NCBI GenBank assembly: GCA_013416795.1
Contig: RQSC01000015.1
Coordinates: 679,218-743,217 of the forward strand
DNA from: Prasinococcaceae sp. CCMP 1430
Taxonomy: Eukaryota; Plantae; Prasinodermophyta
DNA: 64,000 bases
Direction: 5' to 3'
Part shown: positions 11,797-22,611 of the stretch, piece by piece
Layout: the number at the start of each line of letters is the position of its first letter
Position numbering within the stretch: position 1 is the first letter of the stretch
Program-made: the position numbers and the translations under genes
The notes under the pieces: model-generated
The model's database searches: none
Seen by the model: only the letters and a program-made list of their open reading frames with translations
Told to the model about the DNA's origin: nothing

Positions 11797-14700
11797 GGCA
11801 AGCAGCGCTGGCCGGCGGGCGGGCCAGGCGGGCCAGGCGGCCCGGGCGGCGGCCCGGGAGGGGCTCCGGGCGGGCCAGGCGGTGGCCCCGGCACCGCGTC
11901 GTAGCCGCCGGTCTCGTAGGCGTGCTGCGGCATCGGCGGCGGAGGGGGCGCCTGTTGCTGGCCGTAGCCGTACTGTGGCTCCGGCGCGTAGTTTGCGTAC
12001 GCGTTGTGCTCAGGAGGTGGCGCCATCGGCTGGCCATAGCTGTCGTAGTTGCCGTAGTTGCCGTAGTCGCCACCCGCGTTGCCGTAGTTGCCACCGACGT
12101 CTGCCATGGGCGCGGCCGCGGGCTCCTGGCGCTGCTCCTGCCGCGGCGGCTCGGGGCTGCGCTTGAACTCCTTGACGACGTCGTCGAGAGTGGCGCGCTC
12201 GCGCGAGCGGAACTTGTAGCCGCGCGGCGTGATCTGTAGGTACTCATGGATGGGGGACGTCGTGCCCAGGATGCTGGCCAGCATGAGCAGGCCCGAGCGA
12301 TCGCCGCCAGGCAGCGCGAAGAAGTACGGCGTGATGGCCGGGTTCTTCTCCTTTTGCTTGCGCAGAGCATCATCGACGGCGTGCTTGCTGGTGAGCTTGA
12401 TGAACTTGCGGTACGAGATGGCGTTCTTGATGTGCTGCACGACCGGATCCACGTGGTGCACGAAGAGCTCATCGAGGTCGTCGTAGTTCTGCCCGTCCAC
12501 GGTGAGGGGTCTGCCCAACACCAGATGGTTGGCAGTCTGTGAGCCGACGACGTCGTCCTTCTTGTTGCCCTCCTTGATATCCATGTCGGCGAACACGTCG
12601 GGGCACACCTTGTAAGTGAGGCTCAGGTGATTGGTGCCCTTGCTGCTGGGGCGCAACACAAACTCTCCAACTCTCTTCGAGCTCAGAGCCTCGACTGCCT
12701 CCGAGCGCGTGCAGTTCTTGAAGTACGGGTGGTCCACGCGGCGAGGGATGTACGATTTCACGGTCTTCCGCTTGGCGTCTTCCCGCTTCTTGCGCAAGAG
12801 CGCGTCGACCTCCCAGTGCATGTCGAAGTAGTGCGCGAGTCCAGACCTTTCGTCTTTGTCCATAAGCTTGTCGGCGAGCAAGCCCGATCTCTTGCCCACC
12901 TGCACGCTGAATCTTTCGTAGTCTGGAGGATTGAGCACTCGCACATCCACGGGCTCCCCCTTCTTGGCCACCTGGGTGAGAGATTCGATCTGGTCGTGAG
13001 CGGACAAGTAGTCCTCCTTGCGGCACCAACAGTCGATGCTCGGGTGGCCCACATCAAGCCTCACCTGCGCGTCGCCCACGTATTTGATGGTGGCCTTGAT
13101 CACTCGGCCATATCGGAAGTGCTCCCACTCGTCTCCCAGCAGCAGCTTGAATACCTCGTAGGGGCTCGAGCCAGGCCACATGTACACGGGGCGAACCTCG
13201 CCGTACGGCCAAGTAAGCTCGGCGCGGATATCCGCAGCGCGCGCCTTGAAGGCTTCGTACTCGCTGTCCCACCCAGCGCATGATTGCATGTACTCGAGGT
13301 GGCGGTCATCGTACGACTGGCCTGCCACCTCGATGTTCTCGGCAGACCATTCCTCGTACGTCTCCTTCGGCGCCACCTTGGCGTACCTCATGAAAGCCGC
13401 CTCCGAGTTGAGGTCGAGAGCCCACAGTTCGCGCAGCGCAGCGCGCCGGTCGCCGATCCAATGATCCTCGGCGCTCTCCACATCGAGGAACGTCTTGAGG
13501 GCGTCCTCAACGGCCGGTCGCATCGGAGGTTCTTGGTCCTCGCCCTCAGTCTCGCGCTTTCGCTTCGCCAGGACGGCATCCTGCGCGATCTCGCCCACCA
13601 TGTCGGCGTAGACCTGCGAGTTGCGCGTGTCGTCGATGATGTCTGTCTCCTCGTACGAATGCCGATGGTCGTCCACGTGGCGTCTGTCAATGCGCAGCCC
13701 GGAGCAGGCGTTGCTGAACACCTTGTCGCCCATGCACTGCATCTTCGAGTCGTTGGTCGAGCTGGTGAGCAGCTGGATGCGCTTCAGCAGCGGCCCGTGC
13801 GCGCGCACCAAGTCAAGCAGCTTGCGCGCCTTGCGCGGGCCCAGGCCGCCGACGAACTGGAGGCAGCCCGTGCGCCAAGGATGCGCGATCGTGATGTTCA
13901 GGTCCACGCCCACCTGATTGACGAGCGATACCATGCACTGCGTCAGGACCTCCAGGCGGTCCTCCTTCGACAGCTGATCCTGCAGCGCGTGCAGGCGCAG
14001 GAGCGCGGCCACGTCCTTCTCGGCAACGAGGGCGGCGCCCGCAGCCATAGGATCCTGCACGCTTCGGCACAGAGAGACCGCGACACGAACCTTCTCCGCC
14101 TGATCAGGCAGCTCCGTGAGCATGGCCTTCCCCTGCGCCAGCAGCGTGGCCATACGCTGGTCGGCATACTGCACGTCGAGGTGCTCCATGGCGTCCCTTG
14201 GGTGAAGCTCGACTAGCTTCTGATGCACCTCAGCCATTACCGTCTTGACGTTCTTCGCATACCGCGACGCCGAGCCAACCACGACGACGTTCGGGCGGCT
14301 CTGGCGCATGAACTCGAGGCATCGATTGAAGTCGGTGCGCCACTTGCCCAGCATGACCGACTCGTTCGCAGTCTTGAAGTGTTTGTTTGGCTCTTCGAAT
14401 CGTCTGACCTCGTACGCCAGTGCGGGCAGTGTCACGATCTCGGCAAGCTCCCCCGTGGTGTCGCAAATCACACAGACCACCGGGTCTTCCGAGCTGTCGC
14501 CTGCGATCACTGCCATGACCCGAATATCGCGGTGGTACGTTGTGGGCAAGGTAGGATCGCCGGCGTTCTCGCAGTAGCTGTGCGCCGGTGCTGCCGATAC
14601 GAGCCCCCAGAACTTCTCCCCGATCTCGGACGCGACGAAGTCGCGAGAGATCTGCAGCATGCGCTGGCGCAGCTCGCGCTCGAAGGACTTGAGCAGCATG

Positions 14701-17258
14701 TCCACGGCGAGTGCGACTGCCTTCTCGCGCTCGTCATTCCACGCCTGAGCCACGGCCGACTCGCCGTCGCTGAGATACGCGCCGATCGCCTTGAGGTCGG
14801 CGCGAAGCGCCTCGAGCGCGCTCTTGTTGAGCTCGACCTTAACCTCAAGCAAGCCGGCCTTGACGCCCTCCTCAATCAGCAGCGCACCCGCGGGCAGTGG
14901 AATGCTCACCTTCGCAGAGCCATCCATGTCATGCTGCTGTTTGGCCCTGTCAATTACGAAGGAGCCAAAGTCAGTGCTCGCGCGGTCGTCCCACTGCATG
15001 AGCAGGTGCGCAGGCTTGCTTCTCAGCCATTTGACGGGCGCCAGTCGGTGGTAGTGTGAGATGCCCTTGTCGCCCTTTTCTGTGGGCGTTGTCGTGATCT
15101 CAGCACCACTGAAAAATATCGCGCGCACTTTTTTGCGGAGCCCCGTGTGCGCGACCAGCCGCTGTGCAGCCACCAGGCGCGCCCCATCGAGGGCAGTCGA
15201 TGTCAGAATTCCACCAGCGCCGCCGCAAAGCTCCTGCGCCACCTGCTCAGGGCTATCCTCAGGGTCCTCAATCTCGCGATCGATGGACCGCTCGCCTTTT
15301 GCGTAGTCCTCCGCAATTAGTTCGGATGGAAACAGCTTCTCAGCGAGCGGCACCAGGCCAGCCTTGACTTGGCGCTCATACGCCGTCGATGCAATGGGCC
15401 GCAACGAGCTTATGACCGAGCTCCGGCCAGCGGCGCGCGTCAGGTCTGCAAAGCTCACCCCCCAGTCCGCGAGAACCACGCCCGCGAGCGCCTCGGCGTC
15501 GTCCACCTCCTCCGGCGAACTCGCGAAGCTGAAAACGCCCTTGATGCGCTCGCCAGCCGCCATGGCCTTGACCTCGTCCATCGTGGACATCGGGCGCCCG
15601 CTAAGCGTCGCTGCCGACTTGGCCGCCTCGGCGAAGCCCTCCATGACCTCCATCTGCTTGGATTTGCGCGCCTGCACGATGCCCCACCTTTTGTCCATCT
15701 CCTGGACGCGGTGCAGAGCGCGCCACCTAGCCAGGGATCCCGCACGGTAGTCCTCGGGCACGTCGTCGCTCTCCGCGAGCATCTGCGAGTATTTGTGTGC
15801 CTCGAACTCCAGCTGCGCAGCCGTCCTTGGCGCATCCATATCAAGGAGCGGCCCACACTCGGCTTTGTGCCACATGGCAATCGCAGGCACCTCGAGACGC
15901 TCTTCGAGGAGCAGCTTCAGGACCTTGACGATGTGCTTCGTCACCAACTCCTTCCGACGGCCCTCCTCGACATCCCCCTGCTGCAGGTCGTCCGGCCCAA
16001 AGGAGGGGCCCGCCTGCCCAATCCTGAAGTGCACGCGGTACTCGGGCGCGGTGGGCCCGAAGATGCTGTCGTAAATCCACGCCGCCTCCTTGACGAGATC
16101 GCTCTCCCGCGGTCTCACGCGGAAGCGCTCCTTCTCCAGCGCGCTCGACTGAATGCGCTCCTGGACGCGCTCCGGCAGGTCCTTGCGCGCAATCTTTTGA
16201 TCGAGCTCTCCAAGAAAGTGCTGGTCGCGAATGGCAGGCTCCACTGTGTCCATCTGCTTACGCTGCGTCGGGGCCTCGTCCTCCTCCATCTCGTCCTCGT
16301 CGCGGGCGGCCTCGCCCTCCCTCTGTTTCGCGCGCGCCTGCGCGTACATATCAAGCATGTTGTCGGCGTCGCCGAAGATGTCCGTCGCCTCCTGCAGCTG
16401 CACGGCGTTGAAGCGCCCGGTGCCCTTGGGGCGCCTCTTCTTCTTGCGCTTGATCGGAAGGCCGTCCGGCCCGAGCTCCTCGTCATCGTCCGCGATGAAG
16501 TCAGCCATCTCGTCCTCGTCATCGTCGAAGAGGTCCTCCTCCTCCTCTCGCTTACGCAGCGGCTCGCCCTCATCACCGCTGTCGTCATCCCCGAAAAGGT
16601 CGGCCTCGAGTGCCTCCGCGTCGTCCACTGGCTGCTTGCCCTTGGCGTCCCCGTCACCCGCCTTGCGCAGGCGCTTGCGCTGGCCCTGCGCTGGCTTCGC
16701 GGGGCGCTTGAAGCCCGTCACCTGGTTTTCCTGCAGGAGCTCGTAGTCCTCCTCGTCAAGCTCCTGGTCCTTCTCAAAATCCTCGCTGTCCTCGGATGCC
16801 GCATCGTCGCCCGCGTCCGGCTCGGCGTCCTCGTCCCGCACGATGACATCGTCCTCCTCGTAGCCGGCGCCGCCGGCGGCCTCAAGCGCCCGCTCCTTCG
16901 CCTTGAGCTCCGCATCCTCCGCGGCATCGGCGGCGCCCTCCGCGTCACCGCCCTTGACGGCGGCCTCACTCAGGAAGCCGCGGGCATCGCCCTCCTCCTC
17001 CAGAAGCTCGTCCTCCTCCTCATCCTCGTCGTCGAGCACGGTCGCGTGACGCTTCTTCACCGGCGGTCGCGCGGCCGCGGCGGTAGGTCCGTCGCCACCG
17101 GAGCCGCCGGCGTCGTCGCCGTCGCCCGCAGCGGCAGCAGCGTCCGCGGGCTCGTCCGCAAGATCGTCGAGGAGCTCATCCTTCTCCTCCTCCTCAGGCC
17201 CGGCGTCATCTCCCGGCACCTCCTCCGCGGGCGCGTCCCTCTCCGGCGAGTCCGCCAT
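11712..17258 (-). CDS. SPT6: Transcription elongation factor SPT6
   Basis: Acidic N-terminus; YqgF-like region (RPNVVVVG...); HhH motif LQFVGGLGPRKA; S1 region; tandem SH2 IPRRVDHPYFKN...VGEFVLRPSSKGTNHLSLTYKV; Tyr/Gly/Pro-rich tail. Start taken at MADSPERD (17258). Confidence 0.93.
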   Translation of the reverse strand: MADSPERDAPAEEVPGDDAGPEEEEKDELLDDLADEPADAAAAAGDGDDAGGSGGDGPTAAAARPPVKKRHATVLDDEDEEEDELLEEEGDARGFLSEAAVKGGDAEGAADAAEDAELKAKERALEAAGGAGYEEDDVIVRDEDAEPDAGDDAASEDSEDFEKDQELDEEDYELLQENQVTGFKRPAKPAQGQRKRLRKAGDGDAKGKQPVDDAEALEADLFGDDDSGDEGEPLRKREEEEDLFDDDEDEMADFIADDDEELGPDGLPIKRKKKRRPKGTGRFNAVQLQEATDIFGDADNMLDMYAQARAKQREGEAARDEDEMEEDEAPTQRKQMDTVEPAIRDQHFLGELDQKIARKDLPERVQERIQSSALEKERFRVRPRESDLVKEAAWIYDSIFGPTAPEYRVHFRIGQAGPSFGPDDLQQGDVEEGRRKELVTKHIVKVLKLLLEERLEVPAIAMWHKAECGPLLDMDAPRTAAQLEFEAHKYSQMLAESDDVPEDYRAGSLARWRALHRVQEMDKRWGIVQARKSKQMEVMEGFAEAAKSAATLSGRPMSTMDEVKAMAAGERIKGVFSFASSPEEVDDAEALAGVVLADWGVSFADLTRAAGRSSVISSLRPIASTAYERQVKAGLVPLAEKLFPSELIAEDYAKGERSIDREIEDPEDSPEQVAQELCGGAGGILTSTALDGARLVAAQRLVAHTGLRKKVRAIFFSGAEITTTPTEKGDKGISHYHRLAPVKWLRSKPAHLLMQWDDRASTDFGSFVIDRAKQQHDMDGSAKVSIPLPAGALLIEEGVKAGLLEVKVELNKSALEALRADLKAIGAYLSDGESAVAQAWNDEREKAVALAVDMLLKSFERELRQRMLQISRDFVASEIGEKFWGLVSAAPAHSYCENAGDPTLPTTYHRDIRVMAVIAGDSSEDPVVCVICDTTGELAEIVTLPALAYEVRRFEEPNKHFKTANESVMLGKWRTDFNRCLEFMRQSRPNVVVVGSASRYAKNVKTVMAEVHQKLVELHPRDAMEHLDVQYADQRMATLLAQGKAMLTELPDQAEKVRVAVSLCRSVQDPMAAGAALVAEKDVAALLRLHALQDQLSKEDRLEVLTQCMVSLVNQVGVDLNITIAHPWRTGCLQFVGGLGPRKARKLLDLVRAHGPLLKRIQLLTSSTNDSKMQCMGDKVFSNACSGLRIDRRHVDDHRHSYEETDIIDDTRNSQVYADMVGEIAQDAVLAKRKRETEGEDQEPPMRPAVEDALKTFLDVESAEDHWIGDRRAALRELWALDLNSEAAFMRYAKVAPKETYEEWSAENIEVAGQSYDDRHLEYMQSCAGWDSEYEAFKARAADIRAELTWPYGEVRPVYMWPGSSPYEVFKLLLGDEWEHFRYGRVIKATIKYVGDAQVRLDVGHPSIDCWCRKEDYLSAHDQIESLTQVAKKGEPVDVRVLNPPDYERFSVQVGKRSGLLADKLMDKDERSGLAHYFDMHWEVDALLRKKREDAKRKTVKSYIPRRVDHPYFKNCTRSEAVEALSSKRVGEFVLRPSSKGTNHLSLTYKVCPDVFADMDIKEGNKKDDVVGSQTANHLVLGRPLTVDGQNYDDLDELFVHHVDPVVQHIKNAISYRKFIKLTSKHAVDDALRKQKEKNPAITPYFFALPGGDRSGLLMLASILGTTSPIHEYLQITPRGYKFRSRERATLDDVVKEFKRSPEPPRQEQRQEPAAAPMADVGGNYGNAGGDYGNYGNYDSYGQPMAPPPEHNAYANYAPEPQYGYGQQQAPPPPPMPQHAYETGGYDAVPGPPPGPPGAPPGPPPGPPGPPGPPAGQRCLPWRSRRHRPRRRRWRRGQARGRAARWRR
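11818..12090 (-). repeat. Low-complexity coding repeats in the SPT6 tail (PPG and YGN units)
   Basis: GGGCCAGGC-type repeats at 11818-11890 and GCCGTAGTT-type repeats at about 12040-12090. Confidence 0.8.
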
Positions 17259-18370
17259 CGGCGTGTTAGGGTTGCCCCGCTCGCCGCGGCGGAGGCCCGC
17301 AAACGCCGCGAAGGCCGGCCGCCGCGCAGATCGGCGCGCGGCGCGGCTGGGGATGGGAGTGGGGAGAGGGTGGGAACAGGGGAGAGAGAGAGAGAGGGGC
17401 TCGCCGCGGCGCAAGCCCGCCGCGCTGTGGCGCCGGCGTAGCCGCCGGCGGCTGGCCAAGGCGCGAAGGTTGAGGTTTACAGTACGGTAGGTCTTAGGGA
17501 TATAGGGTATTTCAATATTAGGGTTCACATTCATACAATGCACATGCACATGTCCTCTGACACTCACACACTGCGCGCGCACCGGGGCGGCCCGGGTGGG
17601 GGCCCCGCTCGGGGGCGGCGAGGGCGCGCGGCGGGCGCCCGCCTCCGCACCCGCCTCGCCCCTTCGGTACGAGACCGGACCGGGGGCGAGGGGAAGGGGG
17701 AGGAGGGGGAAGGGCGCGCAGCGCGCACGCTGTGGCCCCTGCGCCGCACGTACCGCCGCCGCCGCGCCACCGCCGACGCCCACACACATCGGCGCTCGCA
17801 TGCCGATTGATGGCAGCCCATCAAAACGCACGCGCGCGCCGGTCCGCGCGCGCGAAAACGCGAATCACCGCGGCTTTGGATGCGATTCCAATGATCGTCC
17901 GAATGAGCGGAACTTGCAAAGAGCGGCCCGAGCGCGCGCCGACTGGCCAAAAAAAAAAAAAAGGTGGACGCGCGCCATCGCATCTCGTGTGTTGAGTTGG
18001 CATCGGGTGGGCACGCGCGGCCCCTAAAAAAAAAAAATCGGCGCGCGCGCGCGCATGCGCCCTGAGGTGCTGGCTCGCCTCCCCCCGGGCCCCTCGCAAC
18101 CCCAACCCATCCCAATTTCGCGCGGCGGATGCAGGTGCAAATAGACGCGCATGAAATCGTGCAGCAACAAACCCTACGCGAAGGCACGCACGCCAGGTGG
18201 GTCGCCCTGCCCTAAAAATACCTGCGGCGCGCGCACCTGCCCTCGCCACTGTGTGCGCGCTCGCCGCGGCGGGCGTGGGCGTGGGCGGTGTGTTGTGCGT
18301 GTGGAGTGGGGTGCGGGTTGGCGGGTTGGGGAGGAGGGGGTTCGGGGTGCGGGCGGGTGCAGCGGAGGCG

Positions 18371-19930
18371 ATGCTCGCGCGGCTCGCGGCCGCCGCCGCT
18401 GGCGCGCGCACAAGTGCCCCGGCGCGTTGCGCGTCCGCGGCGGCGGCGCAGCAGCAGCAGCAGCGGGGGCAGGGGCAGGAGCAGCAGGGGCGGCCGCAGG
18501 GACAGCGGAGGCAGCAGCGCGGGGATGGAAGGAGACAACAGCAGCGAGGGGGAGGGCGCGAGCGCCGCGCGGGTGGCCCTGCCTCGGCCGCCAGCGGTGG
18601 CAGCGGCGGGAGCCCGTCCGGCGGTGGCAGCGCAGGCAGGGCGGCACCGGCCGTGCGTCGCGTGCGCGAGATCCCGCCGAAGATGGAGATGGGCATCGAG
18701 TTCTCTGGGCTTGTGAACTCATTTGGCGTGCCGCGATCGCAGAGCCGCAAGGCCAAGGCGCTGGCAACGCCGCACTGGCTCGGCACGTACTTCAGGCCGA
18801 CGGCGGTCGACGCCGACACGTCGCGCCACTACCGAGTGCAGGACGCGCAGTCGCTCATCAACAGCGCCATGCGAAAGGCCAGCAAGGCCAAGCAAGGCGC
18901 CAAAGGCAGGGGCGGGCGGAGCGCGGCGGCGAGCGAGGCGGAGGCTGAAGCCGCCGAAGCGGAGGCGGCTTCGGCTGAGCGCCTCGCGGCTTGGAAGGCG
19001 CCGTGGCGCGACATGAGCGCCGAGGAGCGCGCCATGGAGATGCTCGAGCGCTCCGCGGGCAAGCTGGACCCGGCCGCGCTGGCAGCGGTGCAGAGCGACG
19101 ACAGCCACAGCAGCGCAGAGGGCGCGAACCACCAACGCGATGCCATTTTGGAGATCGTGAACATGCCGCCCTCGCTCCACGCCTCAACCAACAGCGCGGT
19201 GTCCGACCTGCGCGACGTGCCGCTCTCCACGGATGAGTTGCCCGGTGATGAGAAGCTCTGGCCGACGGCCGTCGGCGACGCCAGCCGCCAGAAGATGATC
19301 GACGCCGCCGAGAAGAAGGGCGAGTCCCTCGCGAGCGTGGACGAGAAGTTGCAGCTCCGCGAACGCGTCGTCCAGCGCGCACTGGCCGCCATGGCCCGCG
19401 ACCGCCACGAGGAGCTTAGCCACAAACACATCAATCACCTGAAGGCGGAGACCAACCGCGTTGCGCAGGCAATGATCGGCAGCATAATGAAGGACGGCAA
19501 GAAGAAGCTCGCCGAGCGCCACCTCCGCAACGCGCTCACCGTTGCCAAGGAGTTCCTGCAAAAGGAGGCCGCTGAGACCGGCGTGTCCTTCCGAGGCTTC
19601 GAAAACAGCCAGGTAGTGCTCGCGGCGGCGATGCACAACGTTCGCCCCCGCGTGCTCATCCGCTACGTCAAGAGCGCCGGCCAGTCGTCGGGCGTGCCCT
19701 ACGCATGCAGACAGGAGCGATCAGAGTTTCAGGCGGCCAAGTGGCTCGTGGACTCAGCCAACGAGATCAAGGCGCGCGGCCGCACGCCGCGCGAGCGCGA
19801 CTTCGGCTACGCGCTCGGCTCGGAGATCGCCGCGGCCGCGCTCGACCAAGGTGGCGCTGTGGCGAAGAAGCACGCCATGCACAAGCTGTGCGCCGACAAC
19901 CGCGGGAACATCATGCGCGCGTGGTGGTGA
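18371..19930 (+). CDS. Nuclear-encoded organellar (probably mitochondrial) ribosomal protein uS7 with a long N-terminal extension
   Basis: C-terminal ~160 aa match uS7: MIGSIMKDGKKKLAERHL, AMHNVRPRV, VPY...QAAKWLVDSA, GGAVAKKHAMHKLCADNRGNIMRAWW. Arg/Ala-rich presequence-like start MLARLAAAAAGARTS. Confidence 0.8.
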   Translation: MLARLAAAAAGARTSAPARCASAAAAQQQQQRGQGQEQQGRPQGQRRQQRGDGRRQQQRGGGRERRAGGPASAASGGSGGSPSGGGSAGRAAPAVRRVREIPPKMEMGIEFSGLVNSFGVPRSQSRKAKALATPHWLGTYFRPTAVDADTSRHYRVQDAQSLINSAMRKASKAKQGAKGRGGRSAAASEAEAEAAEAEAASAERLAAWKAPWRDMSAEERAMEMLERSAGKLDPAALAAVQSDDSHSSAEGANHQRDAILEIVNMPPSLHASTNSAVSDLRDVPLSTDELPGDEKLWPTAVGDASRQKMIDAAEKKGESLASVDEKLQLRERVVQRALAAMARDRHEELSHKHINHLKAETNRVAQAMIGSIMKDGKKKLAERHLRNALTVAKEFLQKEAAETGVSFRGFENSQVVLAAAMHNVRPRVLIRYVKSAGQSSGVPYACRQERSEFQAAKWLVDSANEIKARGRTPRERDFGYALGSEIAAAALDQGGAVAKKHAMHKLCADNRGNIMRAWW

Positions 19931-20030
19931 GCACCGCAGGGCTTGCCGTAATTTTTTGTTTCGGAATTCGTATTGAAGTTGCCACACGCGGCGCTTGGCG
20001 CACTGCTCGCTCCTGCCGCACCGCGCCCCC

Positions 20031-21045
20031 ATGGAGTCGTGGCGGCCGCTTGCGCTCCACCCGCCCACGTCCCAGCTGCCAATGACGCGCGGCGGCGCGG
20101 ATGCACTTCTGGCCAGCGACGCTGTGATACGCAATGATGCTGCCAAAAGTGGCGGCATCTCAAGCGACATTGGCGAGAGCGTGCTGGGCTTCGCCATTCC
20201 ATCCGTCACGTGCTTCTTCCCGTCCGAACGCTTCGACGTGTACGACACCGCCGGCGTCGCGCGCTTCCACGTGTCGCCGCCACTGTCGCGCGACGACCGG
20301 CAGCGCGGGGTGGTGCTAGAGCTCCGGCACGGCACAGCTAAAGGGGGCGCGCGCATCGCTGTGCTCCGCGAGGAGTTTGGCTGGTGTCGGTGCGTGCGCG
20401 CCGCGCGCGAAGAAGGTAGCACTGCGCCGCGCAACAGCGCTAACGACAGTGTCTGCGATCCCCAGGGAGGCTCCATGGGTGGTGGACGGCGGCCCGGCGC
20501 TGCGCGAGCAGCGCCTGCTCCTTCGCCCCCTTGGCGGCCCATGCTGTATCCCGCGATGCTTTGCGATGGGCGTCGGTGTGCTGGGCCAGCCATCGGCGGG
20601 TGTGGCACACGCGCTCCGCGGCCCACCCTTTCCCGCGCCGCGGCACGCCGCAGCAGATCGGAAGGTAATGACTGCGGGCGAGCGTGCTGCGAGAGAGGGC
20701 GCCATGCGGGAGAAAGAGGCCACGGCTGCGGCCGCGGCGCGAGCGGGGCTGTGGGACCCTGATAGTCCTCACGCCACGTGGCGAGGGCGTGCGTGCTGCC
20801 TAAACGGTGGCGTGTATACTTTCGTCGATGCCGGGATGCCCGTGATGGGCACGCTCGAGCCCGCCTTGGGCGCTTGCGCCGCGTGCGCTGGGCAGCACGT
20901 CGCGTACAGGCTGCGAGTCACCCATGGCGCCGACGAGGCAGCAGTGCTCATGCTCGCGATGGCACAGCTGCACCAGGAGCATCGGCTTTGCGGCGCGGAG
21001 GGCATGGCCAACTTCAACGGCCATCGCATCTACGGCATGCACTGA
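20031..21045 (+). CDS. Tubby-C/LURP-one/scramblase-like protein, 2 exons: 20031-20389 and 20466-21045
   Basis: Intron 20390-20465 (GTGCG...GCTAAC...CCCAG) joins in frame (WCR-EAPW). Beta-rich pattern ERFDVYDTAGVARFHV...YTFVD...YRLRVTHGADEAAVLMLAMA ends in a terminal hydrophobic helix, as in this fold. Confidence 0.5.
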
Positions 21046-21333
21046 GCTGCGAGCGCGCGCGAATGTAGGCGAGGGCGCACCGCCCATCTGACAAGGCGCG
21101 CTTCGCGAGAGCATCTGTTCACTCTGGCTCGACAGGAACAGAACACTGGAGCAAAAGAATGGTAGCAATTATGTCATGCACTATTCGCCGCGCGCTTGAG
21201 GGCACGGCAGCCTCCATGAGCACTGCCGACAAACGAGAGGGGATGGGGCGGGGAGGGGTATACCCGCGAGCCGGGCCACACTAGAACTAGCTGGGCCCGG
21301 CGCGCTCCCCTCCGCCCTCATAACCCCCGGCCT

Positions 21334-22611
21334 TCAAAAGTCGCAGTCCGTTCTGAACACCCAGTCGCCCGCCTCGTGCGCCATGACGCCCGCCTTCTGA
21401 TACTCCCCGACCCGCCTTTCGAAGAAGTTGGACTTGCCCTGCAGCGAGATGTTCTCCATCCAGTCGAAGGGGTTCCTAGCGTCGTACAGCGGCGAGCAGC
21501 GAAGCTCGCGCAGCAACCGATCCGCCACGAACTCGATGTACTCGGACATGAGCCCCGCGTTCATGCCAATGAGCGCGCAGGGCAGCGACTCAAGGATGAA
21601 GGCCTTCTCGATGTTCACTGCGTCGCGCACGATCGCGTGCACCGTCTCCTCCGCGAGCGGCACGCGCAGGTGCGAGTACAGCAGGCACGCGAAATCGGTG
21701 TGCAGGCCCTCGTCGCGCGCGATGAGCGAGTTGGAGAAGCACAGCCCCGGCATGAGGCCGCGCTTCTTGAGCCAGAAGATGGCGCAGAAGCTGCCCGAGA
21801 AGAAGATGCCCTCGACGCACGCGAAAGCCACCAGCCGCTCCGCGAAGCTCGAGCCCGATCCCACCCAACGCAGCGCCCAATCGGCCTTCCGCTTGACGCA
21901 CGGCACAGTGTCGACCGCCGCGAAGAGCTTCCGCCGCTCGACCGTGTCGGAGACGTACTGCTCGAGCAGGAGGGAGTAGGTCTCCGAGTGCACGTTCTCG
22001 ATGGCGATCTGGAATCCGTAGAAGGCGCGCGCCTCGGGCACCTGCACGTCGCTCATGAAGCGCACGGCCAGGTTCTCCAGCACGATGCCGTCCGAGGACG
22101 CGAAGAACGCGAGCACCTGCTTGACGAAGTGCTGCTCGTTGGCGTTCAGCTGGACCCAGTCCATGTGATCCTCGGACAGGTCGATCTCCTCGGCGGTCCA
22201 GAAAGATGCCTCGGCCTTCTTGTACATCTCCCAGATGTCGCCGTAGCGCACCGGGAACATGCAGAAGCGGTCGGAGCTCTCCGCAAGAAGCGGCTCCTCC
22301 ACGTACCGCGCCGCCGCCGCCGCCCCCGCTCCCGCCGCAACCCCACGCACGACGGCGACCTCAGCGGCCGCCTCGGTGGCGGCAGCGAGCACTGAGTCAT
22401 GCGACCCCGTCCGTGCTCGATCCTCGGCTGCCGCGGGTTTCTTCCCCTGTCGTTGGCTGAGCTCCATCTTGGCGCCCGCGAGATCGATCTCGAGCTCGGC
22501 GACGCGCGCCCGCAGCAGCTCGATCATCTCCGATGAGTCGGTCGCCCCGGGCGAAATGCTGGATCCATCACGAAGGGCCGGGCGCGACCGCGCCGCCACT
22601 GCCTCGCACAT
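21334..22611 (-). CDS. RNR2: Ribonucleotide reductase small subunit (class Ia R2)
   Basis: [24 protein letters not shown] (radical Tyr), [49 protein letters not shown] and aromatic C-terminus DCDF. Start at MCEAV (22611) is inferred. Confidence 0.95.
   Translation of the reverse strand: MCEAVAARSRPALRDGSSISPGATDSSEMIELLRARVAELEIDLAGAKMELSQRQGKKPAAAEDRARTGSHDSVLAAATEAAAEVAVVRGVAAGAGAAAAARYVEEPLLAESSDRFCMFPVRYGDIWEMYKKAEASFWTAEEIDLSEDHMDWVQLNANEQHFVKQVLAFFASSDGIVLENLAVRFMSDVQVPEARAFYGFQIAIENVHSETYSLLLEQYVSDTVERRKLFAAVDTVPCVKRKADWALRWVGSGSSFAERLVAFACVEGIFFSGSFCAIFWLKKRGLMPGLCFSNSLIARDEGLHTDFACLLYSHLRVPLAEETVHAIVRDAVNIEKAFILESLPCALIGMNAGLMSEYIEFVADRLLRELRCSPLYDARNPFDWMENISLQGKSNFFERRVGEYQKAGVMAHEAGDWVFRTDCDF

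Noticed and set aside
17259-17831. Extended SPT6 N-terminus in the 2039-aa ORF
   Set aside because: Low-complexity, promoter-like sequence with AT-rich and telo-box islands. MADSPERD at 17258 is a more plausible start.
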